Source of the DNA: Candidatus Syntropharchaeum caldarium
GTDB lineage: Archaea > Halobacteriota > Syntropharchaeia > Syntropharchaeales > Syntropharchaeaceae
DNA length: 32,000 bases
Assembly (NCBI GenBank): GCA_001766815.1
Contig: LYOS01000001.1
Span: forward strand, 60,001 to 92,000
Direction: 5' to 3'
In this document: one piece after another, positions 1 to 8,005 of the stretch
Layout of the letters: each line of letters begins with the position of its first letter
How positions within the stretch are numbered: position 1 is the stretch's first letter
The notes under the pieces: model-generated
Told to the model about the DNA's origin: nothing
The model's database searches: none
The model's input: only the letters and a program-made list of their open reading frames with translations
Program-made: the position numbers and the translations under genes

Positions 1-39
1 TTTATGCCTTACAGATGCTTTGCAGGTTGGTACTTTATC

Positions 40-1047
40 TCAGAACAACCCATCGATCTCCGCCTTACAATTGAAACATCGCCCGTTTTCGATTCGATTC
101 TCGAGGATCTTGAACCCATACCGTTCAATCAGGAGTTCTTTGCATCTGTAGCAGTAAGTATTCTCATCTCCCGTGCCTGGAACATTTCCTTCATATACGT
201 ACCTCAAACCTTCTTCGATACCAATCTCCCTTGCACGGTGCAACGTCGAGATAGGAGTTGGAGGTGCATCAAGGAATTTGTACGTGGGATAGAACTGGCT
301 GATATGCCATGGAATTTCCACGCCAACGTCTGCGATAAATCGTGCTATATGTCTCAGTTCATCCTCACTGTCATTGACGGTCGGCACCACGAGCGTTGTC
401 GTCTCCAGCCAGATGCCCAACTTTTTGTACAACCTGATCGTCTCAAGAACTGGCTCAAGCTTTGCACCACACATCTTCCTGTAGGTCTCATCTTTGAAGG
501 CTTTGAGATCGATGTTACCCGCATCAAGATAGGGAGCAATCTCTCGAAGAGCCTCCTCGCTCGTGTATCCGTTTGTAACAAAGACGTTCTTGATACCCGA
601 TTTATGCGCGAGTTTCATCACATCGATTGCAAAATCCATGAAGATCGTCGGCTCGGTGTACGTGTACGCAATCGTCCTGCAATCCTGCTGGATCGCCAAT
701 GCCACCACATCCGCTGGTGCTGTATCCCGACCAGGTATATCCTTGCTGGTTCTGGCGATTTGACTGATCTCCCAGTTCTGGCACCAGAGGCATCTGAAAT
801 TGCATCCAGCGGTCGCTATCGAAAAAGATTTTGTACCAGGAAGGAAATTGAACAAAGGCTTCTTCTCGATCGGATCAACACCGCTTGCAACAAGCTTGCC
901 ATACACCAGGCTATACAGCACGCCGTCTCTGTTTTCTCTGACAGAACAGATTCCTCGCTTATTCTCGGCTATGGTACAGAAATGGTTGCAGAGGTGGCAT
1001 TTGACCTTCTTATCTGCAAGCTTCTCATATAAAATAGCTTCTTTCAT
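40..1047 (-). CDS. amrS: AmmeMemoRadiSam system radical SAM enzyme (PFL-activase-like)
   Basis: ORF 40..1080 on the minus strand. CNFRCLWCQNW is the CxxxCxxC radical-SAM cluster motif, and an N-terminal Cys cluster (CHLCNHFC...C) precedes it. The family-typical N-terminus MKEAILYEKL starts at ATG 1047. GTG 1080 and ATG 1062 are alternative upstream starts. Confidence 0.85.
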   Translation of the reverse strand: MKEAILYEKLADKKVKCHLCNHFCTIAENKRGICSVRENRDGVLYSLVYGKLVASGVDPIEKKPLFNFLPGTKSFSIATAGCNFRCLWCQNWEISQIARTSKDIPGRDTAPADVVALAIQQDCRTIAYTYTEPTIFMDFAIDVMKLAHKSGIKNVFVTNGYTSEEALREIAPYLDAGNIDLKAFKDETYRKMCGAKLEPVLETIRLYKKLGIWLETTTLVVPTVNDSEDELRHIARFIADVGVEIPWHISQFYPTYKFLDAPPTPISTLHRAREIGIEEGLRYVYEGNVPGTGDENTYCYRCKELLIERYGFKILENRIENGRCFNCKAEIDGLF

Positions 1048-1048
1048 A

Positions 1049-1150
1049 TTAGATACCGGCATAATTACACTTTTCTCCACAATTCGGACATGTCTCTGGT
1101 GGTGTCGCCGCGGTCAACGCACATGCCACCGTCTCTTCTTCCTTTTCCAT
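1049..1150 (-). CDS. Candidate 33-aa Cys-rich small protein (MEKEEETVACALTAATPPETCPNCGEKCNYAGI)
   Basis: Not in the ORF track because it is too short. The minus strand reads TAAGGAGGTGGATGA-ATG. That is a near-perfect anti-SD complement (AGGAGGTG) 5 nt upstream of ATG 1150. The stop TAA at 1051-1049 lies 1 nt before the amrS ATG at 1047 (TAATATG). It has four Cys, including a CPxCG knuckle. Confidence 0.4.
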   Translation of the reverse strand: MEKEEETVACALTAATPPETCPNCGEKCNYAGI

Positions 1151-1527
1151 TCATCCACCTCCTTACTGTTACCTGAATGTTGAAAAAGACGAGAAGAATA
1201 AATCTCCACACTAAGAGCTAACTCCGTAATGTATAAAAAAGTTTGTGTTGCATGCTTTTTTGTTCCTAAGTATGCTGAAGGTGGAAATATATTCATAGGT
1301 GGGTTTTTCAAAAGTTCACGCGGCAACAGATCTATCTTCGATGGGCTATTCAACTAAAGACGTGAAGTAAATGGTTGGGTTTTGAAAGTTAGAAGCAGTA
1401 GAAGGATGAGAAGAATTCCACCATTGTCGTGATTTTCTTACAAAGAGTATGCCTATTCGATCATAGTTGTAATGACTGTGAATTTTCACCCTCAAAAAAA
1501 GCTCTACTTCCTGTGATACCCAAAAAT

Positions 1528-1925
1528 TTGTAGTATCCTGAAATAACTTTACACTACAACAAGATTACCACGTGAGGAAACTAACGAACAAAGATATGGC
1601 AAGAATAGTGAAACAGTGGCTTAAAGGAAAAACGATAACAAAGATAGCAGAATTCTTCCAGGTAACGATGCTACTACAGAGAACACGATTAAGGTACTCA
1701 GAGAAGGATTCACTGAATATGGCATTCCAGATGAGATACTTACCGATCACGGGACTCAGTTCGTTCCTGCAAGAGATAGGGATTCTGAAAGTCATAAATT
1801 TAAGGAGCTTGGACTGGGATGAACCAATCAATGTGTTCTTGTATAAGCTCCCTCGTCAGACGATTATGTGGTTTGGAAGGGGGTGGTGGGATGAGAAGGT
1901 GTAAATATAATTTGGGATACTACAA
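1528..1925 (+). mobile_element. Non-autonomous (MITE-like) remnant of an rve/integrase-core transposase IS element
   Basis: Perfect 11-bp terminal inverted repeats: TTGTAGTATCC (1528-1538) and GGATACTACAA (1915-1925). Flanking direct repeats: GATACCCAAAAAT (1515-1527) and GATACCCAAAATT (1927-1939). The interior translates in shifting frames to an HTH (LTNKDMARIVKQWLKGKTITKIAEFF) and an integrase-core piece (GIPDEILTDHGTQFV...HKFKELGLG). ORF 1572..1904 is a frame-mosaic, not an intact gene. Confidence 0.55.
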
Positions 1926-1940
1926 CGATACCCAAAATTC

Positions 1941-1955
1941 GAAAAGCTTTTATAT
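1941..1955 (+). promoter_or_regulatory. Candidate archaeal BRE/TATA promoter of the cohesin/dockerin operon
   Basis: GAAAAGC followed by TTTTATAT (1948-1955), about 85 nt upstream of ATG 2041. A strong GGGAGGAGG RBS lies at 2031-2039. Confidence 0.4.
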
Positions 1956-2040
1956 TTTCCCGTCCTATTAAACGTTTTGATGAATGAAAGAACGTGTAAA
2001 GTAGGGGCTGTATGGGCTGAATGCAGCGCTGGGAGGAGGC

Positions 2041-4215
2041 ATGGTAAAAAAGCGCGATAAAAGGATTGTATTGAAATTATTCGTTTTAGCTTTTTTGGTT
2101 ATGAGCGTGGTTCCGGTTTGTGGGCAAAGTTATTTTGGTCCAGCTCCAACATCTGCGCCAAGCGGCTTCACGTTCTACGCCGTTTACGATCGGTTGGTGG
2201 ACACTGACAATCACAATGTTCACATCGGCGCGGTAGCTATGAGCGGTGACGGTAACAGGCTGATCTTTGGCGGTACGGACGCCACCACCGGCGACCCCAT
2301 CCTGTACATGGTGAACGCCGACGGCACAGGCCTAACCCAACTCAATCTACCAGATCTCGGTGGACGGGGGATTGGGTGGGTGACCATTGATGAGGATGGC
2401 TCCCGGGGTTTCTTCCAGGCGGGTATTGGCGCACATAACCACCAGTTGTATAAGGTCCAAGACAGCACAGTCACCAAAATCTTTGACGTTGCTGACTACC
2501 CGGAGATCGACAGGTGCGACCACCCGCAGACCACGGCCGATGGGGAATACGTCTATTTTGTGGATACTGATGATTTATGGCGAATAAGGCACAACGGTGG
2601 TGCGCCAGAGAAGGTCATCGAGGACACAGAAGTACCCCGTGTAGACTCAAATGGAGAAAATGCCTGGAAGGTGGGAGACTTCGCCATCTCGGCTGACGCC
2701 AGCACCATCGTCTTTAGGTCTCAGGGCTTCGTGGACCCCACCAACTACTATGGCATCAGCTCCAAGGAGGAGTTGTTCGTCCTGGATGGAAGTGGCTACC
2801 GCCAACTGACCAACGATATAGGCAACGTCTACAAGACTCACATGGGCATCAGCGGGGATGGTACGACTATCGTGTTCGCCTCGGGGGGAAAATGGTATTC
2901 CATACGTTCCGACGGTAGCGCCAAAACCGTGCTGGAAACTTATGGGGCAAACTTCGGAGGGCTGGACATGACCTACGACGGCACGAAGATGTTCTATGCT
3001 GATTCTGATGCCAATGGGGGCAGGTTGACCAATACCGATGGCTCAGGGCGACTTGATGTCTTCCCTGGGTGGAATGTAGCAGCCATCACCCTTGCGGTCA
3101 CCGGAAGCGCATCCATCAGCAATGATGGGCGCCGGGTTGCTTTTGTCTTCCAGTATAGCAGCTGGCCCTTCAAGGAGGCTTTGTATGTCGGCTACCTCAA
3201 TGACACGGATGCCGTGTCCGACGCTCCCACCATCCATAACATCGCCTTCGACCCTACCTCCATGCCCAAGGATCCCAATGCCAGAATCATCCTTACCTCT
3301 CAGATCAGCGACCCGCAGGGTCTGGCAGATATTGAGCGTACCAGCACCGACGCACTCCTTGATGGCGTGCTGGAGAGCGGTAATGCGAATCTGCCTGTCT
3401 ACTTTTACTACGACGTACATGACGACGGTTCTCCGCCAGACCAGACCGCTGATGATGGCGTTTTCAGCACCGAAGGTCAGCCGGGTGGCAAAATTGATGA
3501 GTTGGATCGGATGACGGTGCGTATAGGTGCCATGGACGCCAGTAAGACAGTGGTGGTGGCTGACACTATTTTACCAATTGGTGAAATCACACCAGCTCCA
3601 ACGTCTGCACCTTCCGTTACACCACCTGAATTCTCAGGCTTAATCTTCGAATCACGCAGCAAATCGAGTGGCAGCACGGTTCAAATACCCCTCACTTTGA
3701 AAGGGGTTACGGATAAAATCGGAAACATGGACATAACCCTGAGCTATGACCCTTCTGTTCTTGAAGCAACAGAGGTTATCAAAGGGGGTTTAACAACAAC
3801 TTCTTTATTCGAGTACAATTTAATAGACTGGGGTACGATAAAGATAAGCTTAGCTGATAAAGCGGGATTTAGTGGGGATGGCTCTATTGCTTACGTGAAG
3901 TTCAACGTGATTGGATACGAGGGCTCGGTCTCTCCATTGGAAATCGTAAGCCTGTCTGCAAACAGGGCAGCAGATCTGGCAGCTATGGATATTCCCACAC
4001 AGGATGGATTGTTTACAGTATTAAGTGTTGAAGAATGCAGGGGAGATTGTAACGGAGATGGGAAGATAACTGCTGCAGATGCACTCTGCGCATTGCAGAT
4101 GGCGGTGGGTAAGCGAGCTGAAGATTTGGTTATGGATGTTAGTGAAGATGGAAAGGTTTCATCCATTGATGCAAGGAAGATACTGAGAGTTGCTGCTGGG
4201 TTGGAGATGCTGTGA
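2041..4215 (+). CDS. Secreted beta-propeller (TolB/PD40-like) protein with C-terminal cohesin + dockerin modules
   Basis: 724 aa.
- N-terminal signal/TM: LKLFVLAFLVMSVVPVCG.
- About 11 recurring xDGxxxxF/V blades (SGDGNRLIF, NADGTGLTQL, TADGEYVYF, SGDGTTIVF, SNDGRRVAF and others).
- PAPTSAPS linkers.
- Cohesin-like module at nt 3641-4025: STVQIPLTLKG..IGNMDITLSYDPSVLEA..IKISLAD..GDGSIAYVKFNVIG.
- Dockerin at nt 4041-4200 with two Ca-loop repeats: DCNGDGKITAADAL and DVSEDGKVSSIDAR. Confidence 0.85.
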   Translation: MVKKRDKRIVLKLFVLAFLVMSVVPVCGQSYFGPAPTSAPSGFTFYAVYDRLVDTDNHNVHIGAVAMSGDGNRLIFGGTDATTGDPILYMVNADGTGLTQLNLPDLGGRGIGWVTIDEDGSRGFFQAGIGAHNHQLYKVQDSTVTKIFDVADYPEIDRCDHPQTTADGEYVYFVDTDDLWRIRHNGGAPEKVIEDTEVPRVDSNGENAWKVGDFAISADASTIVFRSQGFVDPTNYYGISSKEELFVLDGSGYRQLTNDIGNVYKTHMGISGDGTTIVFASGGKWYSIRSDGSAKTVLETYGANFGGLDMTYDGTKMFYADSDANGGRLTNTDGSGRLDVFPGWNVAAITLAVTGSASISNDGRRVAFVFQYSSWPFKEALYVGYLNDTDAVSDAPTIHNIAFDPTSMPKDPNARIILTSQISDPQGLADIERTSTDALLDGVLESGNANLPVYFYYDVHDDGSPPDQTADDGVFSTEGQPGGKIDELDRMTVRIGAMDASKTVVVADTILPIGEITPAPTSAPSVTPPEFSGLIFESRSKSSGSTVQIPLTLKGVTDKIGNMDITLSYDPSVLEATEVIKGGLTTTSLFEYNLIDWGTIKISLADKAGFSGDGSIAYVKFNVIGYEGSVSPLEIVSLSANRAADLAAMDIPTQDGLFTVLSVEECRGDCNGDGKITAADALCALQMAVGKRAEDLVMDVSEDGKVSSIDARKILRVAAGLEML

Positions 4216-7200
4216 TGAACATTGTTAATTTTTTGAAAGGTAGAAGTCAAATATTTGTGTTTGGAGTTATCGTAGCCGTTTTACTGACTTCAGCAGTTGG
4301 GGTTGTGTCAGGTGGAGAATCTGGAGAATCTCAAACAACACCCACTTTTGATTGCCAAGAATACTGTAATAAAATGGTAGAAGAAAGTGGAGCGGAAACG
4401 TTGAAAATAAATGGATTACCTTGCCAGGATTGGTGTAAAAATAGAATGGATGGCTGTAAAGAGAGATTTGAAAAGGAGGGAGTTAAAGGTGCGAAGCTCG
4501 TTGGTCTAACAGACGACGCCTTTCATGAGTGTAAATGTGTAGATGAGGAAGGGAAAAGAGCATACTGTTTTTTCCCTTACGTATTTTGGAAAGAAGAGGA
4601 TTGCCCTGTATGTAGTGCGTTGGGAATAAAATTACACGATTTTATGGTGACGACGATGTATAGCAACACTGATCACTTATGTTGTGTCCATTCTGACAAG
4701 GAAGCTTATGAAAGAGGAAAATCGAGTAATTGGGTATCTGGAATTGAATACTACTTAGCAATAGATGCCACGAGTACCACTGGAGATGCTCAGAAAATAT
4801 TTAAGAAAGAGCGTGACAGCTATCTGAAAATTCCACAAGAAAGGGGTCCTGAAATACTTGAGGGTAAAGATGGGGATGGCGATAGATTTGTTTATTTTAC
4901 ACACGACGTAAACCCCACTCATAGTAAAGTAAAATATTCAACTGACTGGTCAATCCGTGGAACGATCCTCTATAAGGAAATATACGTGATCACGGTCGGT
5001 GTCAGGTATGTTAAGGATAAAAATGATGCGCAACAGAGATTCTATAAACTGGAAGAATGTGCTAAAGCAGTTATAGATGAAAAAAATAAGAAGAGAATAT
5101 TTGGAAGAGCTTTTTTGGATGATAAAACGCGCAGATATCCATATGGGGGCCTTCGCAATGCTAAAGTGGAGCTCAAACATAATGGGAATATATATAAAGA
5201 CTACACTGACGATGGTGGCTTCTTTGAGTTTGATGCAGAAGTTGAGATGGATGACCAGATTACATTAACACTTTATCTCGAAGATGAGGTCAACGGAAAG
5301 AACTACATTAAAATATTTGACAAACAAAGTACAAACCCTTCAGATCCTGTTTATATTGAGAAAACGTGTAGGATAACAGATGAAGACTTGAGGAATGGAA
5401 TCGACTTTATTTTCGATAAAAATTCCATTACTTCAGGGTATCGCTCAGGGAGCAGCAGTTCAGTACTTTCAGGATTGGTTAAAGAATATATCATTTTTGA
5501 GGACGCCGTGGCGTTTGCATTAGAAAAACTCAAAACAGACATCCACAATGTTTCAATCCACGCCAACAACCCAAACGCCAAGACAGAGTGTAAGAGCCAT
5601 TCTGAAGAAAATTCTGCCTGTTACGATCCAACTACTCGACAAATAATTTTGGGGCCAAATTATGTTAAACTCTGGCCCAATCAGGATTCGGGTTTCCTAT
5701 CTCCCTATACTGAGTTCCACGAGTTTGGACATCACATAATGTTTTGTCATAAGGAGTATCTCCGCGATATTTCCTATCAAGTAATCAATCATGGGGGGAT
5801 GATGAATCCGACTACACACGACTCGTTATGTGAAGGTGAAGCTGACTTTATGGCATTGCTAATGTATGAATACAAGTCATATATAATCTCAAGATTTGCT
5901 GAACCCAGTAGTGTAATGGGAGGCAAAAACTTTGAAGTTAATTACAAGGCGTGGCTCATGGAGGGCAATATAAACAGGGAAGACATTGCAGTAGCCTCTT
6001 TGCTATGGGATCTCTATGATGTCAAAAATCCGAAACATCCGGAGAGATTAGATGATAAGCATTTCCCCAGTCAGAACAAGGTTTATGATGAATGTAACCT
6101 TTCTCTTCAAGATATGTGGTCCATTCTCAAAAGCTCCAACTGCATTAACGTCTGGAATTTGTACATTGTGCTAACAAAGACGTATCCTGCAGATAAACAG
6201 AAAATAGATAACCTGTTCATCGCCCATGGTTTCTTCCGGGATAAAGAAAGTGGTAATGGTTCATATGATGGACCAGTAATGTACGAGAACGTAACCATGG
6301 AGGGAGAACTGGAGAGAATTTATTTCTGTGGTGAACCCTACCATGATAAAAATAACAATGGAGTTCGTGATGCCAATGAACCCTTTGTTGACCTAGGACA
6401 TGGCCATAAGTTTCCAGGCGGGCAGGTATATACTGCCAACGAGGATGTAGTCGGCACGGCGAGTAACTACCTCATGTTCGGTACACCGACTAAAGTGGGT
6501 AGACAGATTGGACCGATAGTGAAGAATTCTTATATCCTCGTAAAAAATGAGGAGACACAAGAATTCCTAGTCAAAGTTGAATTCGAACCAGAATATAGCT
6601 ATTACAACTACGAATACATGACTAGCTCTCCTGAAGGGCTGCTGTACATCTCCTTCCCGCCACCTGAATATAAGACCACAGTCACAATTACCCCAATATC
6701 CGAAAACTACGTGGCAGAAAAACCCCTTAAAATTGAATCTGAGGAATACTTTGATTTAATTTCGAAATCCACAGATGAAAACCACTTCCTTGAACATGAA
6801 TTTGACCTTCAGCCTATAAAAGAGGCATACGTCTTAGGTCTAACCTTCGAATCCCGCAGCAAATCGAGCGGAAGCACAGTTCAAATCCCGCTCACGTTGA
6901 GAGGGATTAAAGAAAAAATCGGAAACATGGATATAACCCTAAGCTATGACCCTTCAGTTTTAGATGCAAAAGAAGTCATCAAAGGAAGCTTAACAACTAA
7001 GTCTCTCTTCGATTACAATATTCTGGATGGAACGATAAAGATAAGTTTGGCTGACGAGGAGGGATTCAGTGAGGATGGCTCTATTGCCCATCTCAAGTTC
7101 AATGTGATTGGTGCTGAGGGTTCATCATCCCCCCTAACAATTGTTGCAATTGCAGCAAATAAGGCTGAAGATTACGAAACTCTGGAGGTTCCAACCAATG

Positions 7201-7406
7201 ACGGTATGTTCAAAGTAATAAGCATGGAGGAAAGTAGAGGTGACGGCGACGGTGATGGCGGGTTTACAGCGTTAGATGCGCTCTACGCACTTCAAATGGC
7301 TGTCGGAAAGATACCAGAAGACCTGGCTATGGATATGAATGGAGATGGGAGTGTAACATCGCTTGATGCCCAGAAAATTTTGAAAATCGCCGTAGGAGAA
7401 GAATAG
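4215..7406 (+). CDS. Membrane-anchored/secreted zinc metalloprotease-like protein with C-terminal cohesin + dockerin modules
   Basis: About 1063 aa.
- ATG 4215 overlaps the upstream stop (TGATG). GTG 4212 is an alternative start.
- N-terminal TM, then a 12-Cys region.
- CarboxypepD_reg-like stretch: YGGLRNAKVELKHNGNIYKDYTDDGGFFEFD.
- HEFGH zinc motif at nt 5718-5732, with a downstream EGEADF as a possible third ligand.
- Cohesin at nt 6838-7220 and dockerin at nt 7239-7397 (DGDGDGGFTALDAL, DMNGDGSVTSLDAQ). Confidence 0.85.
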   Translation: MNIVNFLKGRSQIFVFGVIVAVLLTSAVGVVSGGESGESQTTPTFDCQEYCNKMVEESGAETLKINGLPCQDWCKNRMDGCKERFEKEGVKGAKLVGLTDDAFHECKCVDEEGKRAYCFFPYVFWKEEDCPVCSALGIKLHDFMVTTMYSNTDHLCCVHSDKEAYERGKSSNWVSGIEYYLAIDATSTTGDAQKIFKKERDSYLKIPQERGPEILEGKDGDGDRFVYFTHDVNPTHSKVKYSTDWSIRGTILYKEIYVITVGVRYVKDKNDAQQRFYKLEECAKAVIDEKNKKRIFGRAFLDDKTRRYPYGGLRNAKVELKHNGNIYKDYTDDGGFFEFDAEVEMDDQITLTLYLEDEVNGKNYIKIFDKQSTNPSDPVYIEKTCRITDEDLRNGIDFIFDKNSITSGYRSGSSSSVLSGLVKEYIIFEDAVAFALEKLKTDIHNVSIHANNPNAKTECKSHSEENSACYDPTTRQIILGPNYVKLWPNQDSGFLSPYTEFHEFGHHIMFCHKEYLRDISYQVINHGGMMNPTTHDSLCEGEADFMALLMYEYKSYIISRFAEPSSVMGGKNFEVNYKAWLMEGNINREDIAVASLLWDLYDVKNPKHPERLDDKHFPSQNKVYDECNLSLQDMWSILKSSNCINVWNLYIVLTKTYPADKQKIDNLFIAHGFFRDKESGNGSYDGPVMYENVTMEGELERIYFCGEPYHDKNNNGVRDANEPFVDLGHGHKFPGGQVYTANEDVVGTASNYLMFGTPTKVGRQIGPIVKNSYILVKNEETQEFLVKVEFEPEYSYYNYEYMTSSPEGLLYISFPPPEYKTTVTITPISENYVAEKPLKIESEEYFDLISKSTDENHFLEHEFDLQPIKEAYVLGLTFESRSKSSGSTVQIPLTLRGIKEKIGNMDITLSYDPSVLDAKEVIKGSLTTKSLFDYNILDGTIKISLADEEGFSEDGSIAHLKFNVIGAEGSSSPLTIVAIAANKAEDYETLEVPTNDGMFKVISMEESRGDGDGDGGFTALDALYALQMAVGKIPEDLAMDMNGDGSVTSLDAQKILKIAVGEE

Positions 7407-7434
7407 AAAAGAAATGAAAATAGGAGGTGATAGA

Positions 7435-7986
7435 GTGAAAAAAATGTTGGTGTTGCTGGTTGGTTTGCTATGCTTGCTTTGCCTCGTATCTCTCACTTCG
7501 GCAGCGGGTTTGACTGTCAGCGTGAGTGATGAAACGGGTGCAAAAGGGGACATCGCAAAGGTGCCTATTATTCTTGAAGCCGCATCAGATGTAGGAAGTA
7601 TAGATATTGTTTTGAAGTATGATGGTCAAGTTTTGCGAGCTGTAGCTGTGGAGGCTGGTGAACTCGGTAAAAACGCGCTTATCGAAGCTAATACGGCGAG
7701 GGAAGGAGAAGTTATAATAGCGCTGGCAGATTCATCCGGAATAAATGGTGACGGCGCAGTTGCAACCATCTCCTTTGAGGTGATAGGCGATGTCGGCTCT
7801 ACGAGTCCTCTGACTCTGGAGACAGTTTCGGTAAACAACGTTGAGCTGGTTGAAGTAATCACAACCACAGAGAGCGGGACGTTTAGTGTTACTGAGGAGG
7901 GTGCACCAAAGTCCGGAGATGCGAGCACGGCGATAATGGCAATAACGGCGATAATCATCGCGTTATTCGTAATCAAGAGAAGGTAA
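7435..7986 (+). CDS. Small cohesin-domain protein with signal peptide and C-terminal TM anchor (scaffoldin/anchor-like)
   Basis: ORF 7414..7986. GGAGGTGA at 7424-7431 favours GTG 7435 (or ATG 7444) as the start. Signal peptide: LVLLVGLLCLLCLVSLTSA. Cohesin-like core: AKVPIILEAASDVGSIDIVLKYDGQVL...GDGAVATISFEVIG. The C-terminus ASTAIMAITAIIIALFVIKRR is a TM segment plus a basic tail, with no PEP or PGF motif. Confidence 0.75.
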   Translation: MKKMLVLLVGLLCLLCLVSLTSAAGLTVSVSDETGAKGDIAKVPIILEAASDVGSIDIVLKYDGQVLRAVAVEAGELGKNALIEANTAREGEVIIALADSSGINGDGAVATISFEVIGDVGSTSPLTLETVSVNNVELVEVITTTESGTFSVTEEGAPKSGDASTAIMAITAIIIALFVIKRR

Positions 7987-8005
7987 TGAGAGAGGAAGAA
8001 ATGAA

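Noticed and set aside
4-1032. 342-aa + strand ORF covering the left end of the window
   Set aside because: It is antisense to the amrS gene. The minus-strand translation carries clear radical-SAM motifs, while this frame is Cys/Arg-rich with no motif.
1114-1353. 79-aa minus-strand ORF upstream of amrS
   Set aside because: Its ATG (1154) is only 1 nt from the SD. The product is Arg/Lys low-complexity. The 33-codon ORF in the neighbouring frame fits the SD spacing better.
2220-4250. Antisense or alternate-frame ORFs inside the beta-propeller/cohesin gene (for example 3043..3420, 3092..3514, 3891..4250)
   Set aside because: They lie entirely within a 724-aa ORF that has recognisable domains. 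They show the biased composition typical of off-frame reads.
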